DNA of 64,000 bases. Source: the human T2T-CHM13v2.0 reference genome, Homo sapiens. A model generated the notes under the pieces. The model made no database searches, was not told where the DNA came from, and saw only the letters and a list, made by a program, of their open reading frames with translations. The position numbers were made by a program, and so were the translations under genes. How positions within the stretch are numbered: position 1 is the first letter of the stretch; the number at the start of each line of letters is the position of its first letter. This document shows positions 56,030-64,000 of this stretch, piece after piece. The stretch is taken from assembly GCF_009914755.1 (NCBI RefSeq), contig NC_060927.1; one strand, 5' to 3'.

Positions 56030-57880
56030 TTATGAGGAACTTCTGCTTCTAGACACAATGGAGTAAGAAGAACCGATTTGCTTTTCCACCATAAACAACT
56101 TAAAACAAACAAGCATACAAACAAACATATAATCCACAGTAATTAGACATTAGACAACAAGCTGTGCAGGACAGTGACCCCTGAGGAAGGAAAACAAGAG
56201 GAACTCTATGATTGCCCAGCTTGCTGCCCAGAGAGATTTTACAGGGTTGGGGAACCTAGACAGAGTCTGGTAGTAGGCCAGAGTGGAGGAGACAGAACTC
56301 AGAATTTGGGGACGCTAAGGCAGGTAGAATTCACATGTCTGTGTCCTGAAGAGAAGGCTGCAAGGAGAGCAAACAATCAAGTCTTCAGCAAAATATGGCT
56401 CAATCCGTCCAAGTGAGGAAACTTCAGAGTCCAGGGAAGACTACCAGAAAGGAAAAGGGAGAACCACAGCCAGAGCTCACACAGGGTCCAGAAGAACTTG
56501 TGTTTCCACCAGGCAGAATAAAAAGACTTCACCACTGGGCATCCAGTAAGTCCTCAGATATCATCCTAGTAGTGAGGGAAAATTCACCTTTGAATCAGCC
56601 TAATCGAGCTTGGAAGGAAGCCATGAAAGGAGCCAAAATTTTCCAAATAACACTGTCCCAGAAAAAAAGGTAAAACATGTTGAAAGGAATAAACAAATCC
56701 TCCAGAACAAGACAATGTAAAGTGACAATGTCTGTGTATTAGTCCGTTTTCACACTGCTGATAAATACACACTGAGACTGGGCAATTTACAAAAGAAAGA
56801 AGTTTAATAGACTCACAGTTCCACATGGCTGGGGAGGCCTCACAATTGTGGTGGAAGGTGAAAGGCACATCCCACATGGTGGCAGACAAGAGAAGAGAGC
56901 TTGTGCAGGGAAACTCCCCTTTATAAAACTATCAAATCTTGTGAGACTTATTCACTATCACAATAATAGCATGGGAAAGGTCTGCCCCCATGATTTATAT
57001 CTCTCACTGTGTCCCTTCCACAACACGTGGGAATTATGGGAGCTACAATTCAAGATGAGATTTGGGTGGGGACACAGCCCAACCATATCAGTCTGACATC
57101 CAATCAAAAATTACCAGGTACCCAAAGAAGCTAACCACACAATCTGTAGTAATTGGGGAGAAAATCAATCATTAGAAATATACACTGAAATGACATAGGT
57201 GATAGAATTGGTAGACAGGAACCTAAAGACAGCAAATAGAACTATGTATGTCCCAAAAGGCAGAGGAAAGCCTGGGCATGAGGAGAAACATGGAAGATCT
57301 AGAAAAACACCAATTTGAACTTGTAGAGATGACAATACAATTTCTAAGATGCAAAACAAAAATGAGTTGGATAAGAAAGAACAGATTAAGGACTGCAGAA
57401 GAAAATATGAGTGACCCTGGAAACCTTGCAATAATTATCCAAAATAAAAACACAGATTTTAAAAATGACTGAAAAATAAGGAATTGGGCATCAGTGAGTG
57501 GTGAACAACTTTAAACAGTCTAATATATGAGTAATTGACACCCAGAGAGTGATGCAGTGAGGAGACAGGGAAAAAATACATTTGAAGAAATAATGGCTGA
57601 ATCGTTTTCCAAATTTGATGAAAATTAGAAACCCACAAATTGAAGAAGCTCAATGAAATGCAAGCACAAGAAGCAGAAAGAGAACTACACCAAAAATTAT
57701 CAAATTACTTAAAGCTCGTACTAAACAGAAAAATCTTAAAAGTAACTTGAGAGAAAATGACACATTACACAGAATAAAAAAGATAAATGACAACAGACAG
57801 TAGCCATCTCATCAGAAATCATGCAAACTAGAAGACAGTTGTGCAACTTTTTTAAATATTGAAAGAAAAGAAATCAACCA
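56030..57880 (+). mobile_element. Old L1M 5'/ORF1-region fragment
   Basis: gaagaaataatggctgaatcgttttccaaatttgatgaaa and other ORF1-like remnants. Confidence 0.75.
56735..57090 (-). mobile_element. THE1 (MaLR) solo LTR nested in L1M
   Basis: tgtattagtccgttttcac ... gacacagcccaaccatatca; 5-bp TSD gtctg at 56730-34 and 57091-95. Confidence 0.92.
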
Positions 57881-60800
57881 GCTAGCAATACAGTACCAAA
57901 TTTTAGTCATTCAATTACTTCATATAGTTAATCATGGTCATTCATCATATGAAAATAAGAGTAGCAGTAAATTTTCTGAAACATTTAGAATTAAGGTAAA
58001 AAAAGTATAGAACTCAAGTGTGACAGGAGAAACTTTCTGAATAAAAGTGAAGGATTAACCATATATCTTTAATAAGTTCTTAGTTTTTAAAAGCTCTATT
58101 AACATTTGCCTTTATGGTTCTTTAAATTCCAAAAACTCTAAAATACTATCTGTGAGACAATTATTGGCAAAGCTCTTTTGCTGCTGTTACATTTCATTTT
58201 TCAAAACACTTTTGAATTGGTGAGGAATGTGAGAGAGGTGTGGAGCTCAGTTTATGTCTGGTTGCATTAATCAATTAGTAGCAACTCAATCATGTATATC
58301 AAAACTAAGTAAGAATTCGTGCATGATTATTATAAAAATATTGTATTATAGAAAAAATTCAGGGGCTTAAATTATTGAAAATGTAATTCCACACAGAAAT
58401 TTTTCTGTTTTAATAGAAAATGTTCAAGTGATTACAATATCCTGGAGAAACTAGAAAACACTACCAGAGAAAAATGAGAATATGAATTCTGGCATATTTC
58501 ATGAAATTCATTTGTAGACATATTATCTGGGACTAAAGAAAAATCACACAATAGAATCTTAAAGATTTTCCTTTAAAAAAATTTTTAAAGGCTTAAAAAA
58601 TCATTTTATCTCTGGTTTGCTTAATTGATGTTTCTCAAAACTTTATTGAAATAAAAGGTTTCTAATTGAATAAGCAGAAATATTTTGGTTAAAGATTTTC
58701 ATCTTTTTGTTTTGTAAATTATCAGAAAAACACCTGTATGTACTTCATACACCCACCAAGTATTGGTATGGTAGAATTTGAAATAATTTACAAGAAAAAG
58801 TTACTAGATGTTTAAAGGTTAAAAATTCAGGAAGAAACATAATCTAAGTATAAAAAGACGGCCAGAAAACTTGATTCCAATGTAAAAGACTATTAACTCT
58901 GTTTCAAAAAAGAATGAATAATTTTAAATAAGTGTATAAATTATCTAGTTAAAATTAACTGATCACACACCTAATTCGGAAAAAATATATAAACTTTAAG
59001 AGAAACTGCAAAAGTGACCAAAGAAATAATCAGTAATATTAATATCTACAAACGTTTTTCTCATTTTTAAAGTCATATTTTTAAAATCTTAATCATGAAC
59101 TTATAGTTGATCTAAACCCTTCAAAACCCACATATCTTTTTCTATAATTAGTTATAAAACTTTGAGAACATATCAGTAATCTGATGTACATGAAAAGTGA
59201 AATGAGCTACTAATATTAAATGGCATATTCAGACAAGCTATCTTTATCTATATTGTATATCTATATTTGTCTTTATATAATACCACTTAATACAGTTTTA
59301 GGTTTCCTGAGGTCTTTTATAGGTAAGAGACATTACCAGAAAATAATGGAAGGAGAGGAAAAACTCAATATTTGCATATCTATTCATTCAAACATTCCTT
59401 CATTTATATTTCCAACATAAAAATTGTTGTTTATATACCCTGCTTGATAATTATGTCCTATAATATTATGCTATTTGAGTCAGTGCTGTTGGTTTAAAAG
59501 TAACCAAGTGAAGTATACGGGAGAAGATGTTTTTGGTTTTTAATTAAATACAAAAATAATAGTAAATTATAGTGAGTGGTTATTTCAATGTGAAATTGCC
59601 TCACATCTCAGTAAAACATTCAAAATGAATCCGAACAAATCATTTAAATTTGTACACAAAATAATATAAATAGACATTTGTTATATAGAATATGAATGAT
59701 TGAAGTGAATGAAAATAAATTATAGACAACTCATTAAATATAATTTTATACACTTATAAGTGAAAGGAGAAGGCAATTACTTTTAAAGTAGGACAAGTGA
59801 ACATTTTACATCTTTTCAATAATTTCACTTTATTTATGTTGATAACAATATGCATAAAAACCCTGTGGTGATATTAAGCCTGAGAAGATTGAGATCCCCA
59901 AATTGAAGCTTTTCTCTTCTTAGACAAAACATGAATCCTTCAACGTATGAGCTCTAAAGATTATTTAAGTGTGCCCACAAATCTCATCCTATTTTTCAGA
60001 AATCTCTTCTGTAACATTATGTTTATTTCCATCATTCTTCTATATATTTTTTTCTCTCCAATGCATGATTTCCTGCCGATGTCAACCCACCTACCTGGCC
60101 CAGTCAAAACTTCGTCCCGTGAAGTAATTGGCACTAGTGGATGAGCTACTGGTGTATCGCTAGGGCTTATGTACAGCTTATCACATTCTGGGACTCCAAA
60201 GAGAGAAATGTGTGTTTTCTGTTTCTCTCTTATCAGAACAAGAGTTGGGGCCACCTGATAATCAGACCCTGGATTTTCCACCCCCACAAATCCAATTTAT
60301 TCAATCTATTCTAGGCTTAAGCATTCCACATAGCTCTTGACACCTCACTGTACTTTATGATAGATAAGGAAGAAAATTCAAGGAACTATTGATGAAAATA
60401 AAACAACAAAGTCTGCACACACAAATCTTGTCAGAGATGTGCACTTTCACCATGTTAAAATATGATTCACCTATTTAAGCTTTTCTAAGCAGCATGTTTA
60501 CATAAATGATAGAATAAAGCACAGCTGTTTTTGTTTCTAAAAATTGTCAGATAATTTGCACCCCTGCCCTTTATCTAGACTATTAATGAGGTAGTAAAGA
60601 AATCAAGTTCCATTTGATTCTATTCACAGAAGACTGTCATATTCAGATAATGGCACAATTCAGAATTTATCAAGTGCCAGGAGATTATAAAAGTTAATGG
60701 AACAAAATGGCATTAGTGTAAGATTTTGGGGAAACCTCATGAGATTTGGTACAGTAACTTCACAATTAAATTACTATGTCACTACTGTATGTGCAGACAA

Positions 60801-61429
60801 AGGGAAGTGTGGCATTAGTGAATTCAGTATTGATAGATCTGATGAATGATCTAAAAATGGAAACCGCCATTGTTTAGATAAACTTGAATTTTTTTGAGTG
60901 TGGCTTTCTCTTTCATTGCACAAATATTCAAAGCAAAGGACATGGCAATGTAAGACAACTAAGCAGATATATTAGAATGAATTTCTTCTTTAACTCAAAC
61001 ACACAGCATTCAAAAGAGAAACAAATATGTTTAGGGACATGAGGACTATTACCAGAAGCTCACTTCAGATTTGTGTTTTGTTTTTCTCTTCGTTAGAACT
61101 CTCACATAAACAGGCTGACTGTTGCAGGATTAGTTCACGATGTTGAAAGGACTTCCCCGCTCCTGGTGTTCCAGGCTAGTAAGCCATTCCTAGGTTAAGT
61201 CCCTTATGAATGACTCCAAGATACCTCCCTCCATCCTCATTCTGGTTGCAAGTTGCAGTTCCTGTCCACTCTTCTTGTGGATGTCCAAGTGTCATCTCAG
61301 AACCAGTGCCTCAAACTGAGCTCACCTCTTGGAAGAAGTTACTTAAAATAGATCAGTAGTAGCATTAGAGTGAGAATTAAATGAGGTAATGGGGCATTTA
61401 GCACAGTGTCTGGCACCAGGAAAATTTGG

Positions 61430-61718
61430 TTTTTTTTTTGAGATGGAGTCTCGCTCTGACCCCCAGGCTGGAGTGCAGTGTGGCACGATCTCGGCTCACT
61501 ACAAGCTCCGCCTCCCGGGTTCTCGCCATTCTCCTACCTCAGACTCCCGAGTAGCTGCGACTACAGGCGCCCGCCACCACGCCCGGTGGTTTTGTGTTTT
61601 TAGTAGAGACGGGGTTTCACCGTTTTAGCCAGGATGGTCTCGATCTCCTGACCTCGTGATCTGCCTGCCTCGGCCTCTCAAAGTGCTGGGATTACAGGCG
61701 TGAGCTACCGCGCCCAGC
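61430..61718 (-). mobile_element. AluY SINE inserted in a MIR
   Basis: CpG-rich with AluY-type diagnostics (caagctccgcctcccgggtt, agccaggatggtctcgatctcc); TSD tggcaccagg at 61411 and 61719. Confidence 0.93.
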
Positions 61719-63194
61719 TGGCACCAGGTAAGTTCTTAACAAATGTTAGTTGATGTTACTATGAGTAATAAGGTCTCCTACGTCCTCTACTTTACCAATA
61801 TTGTTATCTTTCCTTGACCATTCAGCCTGAAAAACTTAAAAGCCATTTTTATTCTTCTCTCAGTCTCACTCAGACTGTCTTACTTGGTCACAAATTCCTT
61901 TATGTTCTGTCTTTTTAGAATTTTTTTTTCTCTTGTTGCTGCAGCTACCATTCTTTAACCTCTTGTTTCCAATATTGCCGGACTACTAGCCATTCCCCAC
62001 TCGTTCTTCCTTGTGGACAGAGCCTGTTTCACACTTTGGAGGCTGAAATGCCACATACTCATTTCCCATCCTCCTTTGCACCTAGAACAGAAACATGTGA
62101 CCTGATCCTGCCAATGAGATGTGAGGGGAATGTCTAGGGAGGGTATACTTCCCTTTAAACGTTAAATTAAAAAATATTAAATAATAAGTAAATTAAAATA
62201 ATAAAAAATATTTAAATATTCAAATGGTTATATACACACACACATGTATAAAACATATACTTTTTAAAAGACATAAATGGGAACTTTCATTGTTTTCTTC
62301 ACTGGATACTGTCTTGTCTACATGTTCTGCCTGGAACTACCACACTCATACGGATTCTGTGCAAGAAAACATAACCTTTTACAGAATACTAGGTTGAAAG
62401 ATGAAAACCATCCGGGCCTTGATTTTATTTTTTTTCTTTTCACACTTTTACATAGAGCCCAGCATCTAAGTACCCAAAGTGGTCTTCTAATTAGTCTGCA
62501 AATTTCTTCTCTATTTCTCCAAATTACCTTATGTATTGCTGCTGTATAGCATTCCTCCAACTTGCCTTTATCATGTCTTAGTCCTGCTTAAACCCCTTTA
62601 ACAGTTTTCGGTTTCCATAGTAATGGTCTCCAAATGGAGTGGAGTGACAGGATAACCCAATGAAGCATGTGAAGAAACTGCTAGAAACTGTTAAGTACGT
62701 GAGAGAAATTAAACTTGCCCAATTTCTTACATATTGGTTGACAATGACTTTCTCACTTGGTTTAGTTATCTGATGGTCACCTATTACACAGGTGGGGAAT
62801 CTTCACTGAAAATCAGTTGGCAAAGCTTCCTCACTTGTTCAATGGCTTTCAGAATATTTTGACATATGGAAGGTTGCCTGTGCCTAGTTAAGCAGATTGA
62901 CAGATTATACAGTTTAATTATTTTCTAAACTAACTTTCAAAAGTGGCTTTAAGAGATTTTTGTTAAGGAATCATAGTTGAAGATAACATAGTTATGCAAG
63001 CAGCTTTCTGCTATTTAGGGAATGAGCTCTTTGTCAGCTTCATGATAAGACCTAAAAAACAATAACCTAATCATATTTGACATGAATCAGCCAAAAATAT
63101 CAGAATTATTAAGGAGAAAATTTAAAATATGGATTTATTTCCACTGTTATTAATTGTGACACTATCCCTTGGGAATAGAATGCCTTGAGATAAA

Positions 63195-63270
63195 AGTATA
63201 TGTGATATATACATGTAATATATATGTACATAATATACAAATGTATGTAATATATAAATATATGTATATT
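63195..63270. repeat. TA-rich low-complexity tract
   Basis: Seen directly. Confidence 0.7.
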
Positions 63271-63419
63271 AGGGGCACAAGCTCAAAATTATGTTTCACT
63301 AGTAGGGATTTTAATGAGAAAATTAGACACTTATGACCTATAGGACAATGTTTTCCTTCTTGCTACCTAGTGAAATTCTGCCCCTTCTTTAATATGTAAT
63401 TATTATAAATAAGTGCTTC

Positions 63420-63650
63420 CCTTTATTGAATGCTTAATTGTATGTCTGGCACTGTGCTAGGCTCTATGCATGATAACATTTATTTTGTTCAATACTCACA
63501 ACAACCCTGTAAGCTAAATATGACTCCCTCATTTTTACAGTTGAAGAAGCTGAAAATTGAAAAACTTGCCCAGAGCTATGTTGCTAATGAATTAAAGAGC
63601 TGGGGTTCAGGTGATGTTTAAACCTTAACTACTATACTGAACTATCTCTT
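63420..63650 (-). mobile_element. MIR SINE
   Basis: ggcactgtgctagg...tcacaacaaccctgtaag...atttttacagttgaagaagctga. Confidence 0.75.
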
Positions 63651-64000
63651 TAGCTCATCTCAATTCCCATGTTCCTCTAGGACTGACAATCAATGGACAA
63701 ACAAAAGAAATACATATGTCTACTATTTATTTGGCACTTAATTTTATCCTTCCTTGTGACTTTTTTATTTCTGGATACCTGAATTTATTCATCAAAGCCA
63801 ATGTAATGTTATGGGAAAAAAGTTGATTTGCTTCCAGGTTGTCCTGGAATTTCATCGCAACCCTCACCCATAAACCTACTGCTTTGGGGAAAAAAAAAAA
63901 AACAACTCTATAGTTCCCTTATATGTAGAATGGGTATAAAAGACATTCTTTAGATAAGTAAACACGTAGCACAGTGCTTGACACATGAGCAGTGAATTAA

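Noticed and set aside
59311-59328. Possible plus-strand recursive splice motif tcttttatag|gtaaga
   Set aside because: Short pyrimidine tract; expected by chance in 64 kb

Overview
AT-rich, repeat-dense primate DNA, very likely human (Alu J/S/Y, L1PA2, THE1, MER39, MIR, L2). The one host gene I recognise is on the minus strand: an 88-nt coding exon (40711-40798) encoding [29 protein letters not shown], which I recall as the N-terminus of MDFIC2 (MyoD-family inhibitor domain-containing 2, a PIEZO channel modulator, human 3p13 near MITF/SAMMSON). It is preceded by a 5' exon at ~41376-41466. Positions 1-40710 would then be part of its long second intron, and 41500-64000 upstream sequence. The gene name comes from recall of the peptide, not from a database search. 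The intron holds a full-length, gene-sense L1PA2-type element (13848-19908) with an open ORF1 carrying R159G, a broken ORF2, a truncated ORF0 and intact antisense-promoter splice donors. The most unusual structure is a 284-bp fold-back element (10828-11111) made of two inverted ERV1 LTR (LOR1/LTR26-like) 3' ends, with a central perfect hairpin and flanking direct repeats. Other leads are an out-of-frame uORF overlapping the weak-context MDFIC2 start codon, a candidate alternative last exon, and several unverified exon-like segments on both strands. Most short ORFs in the track are repeat-derived or chance. Subfamily calls and boundaries of old repeats are approximate and made by eye.
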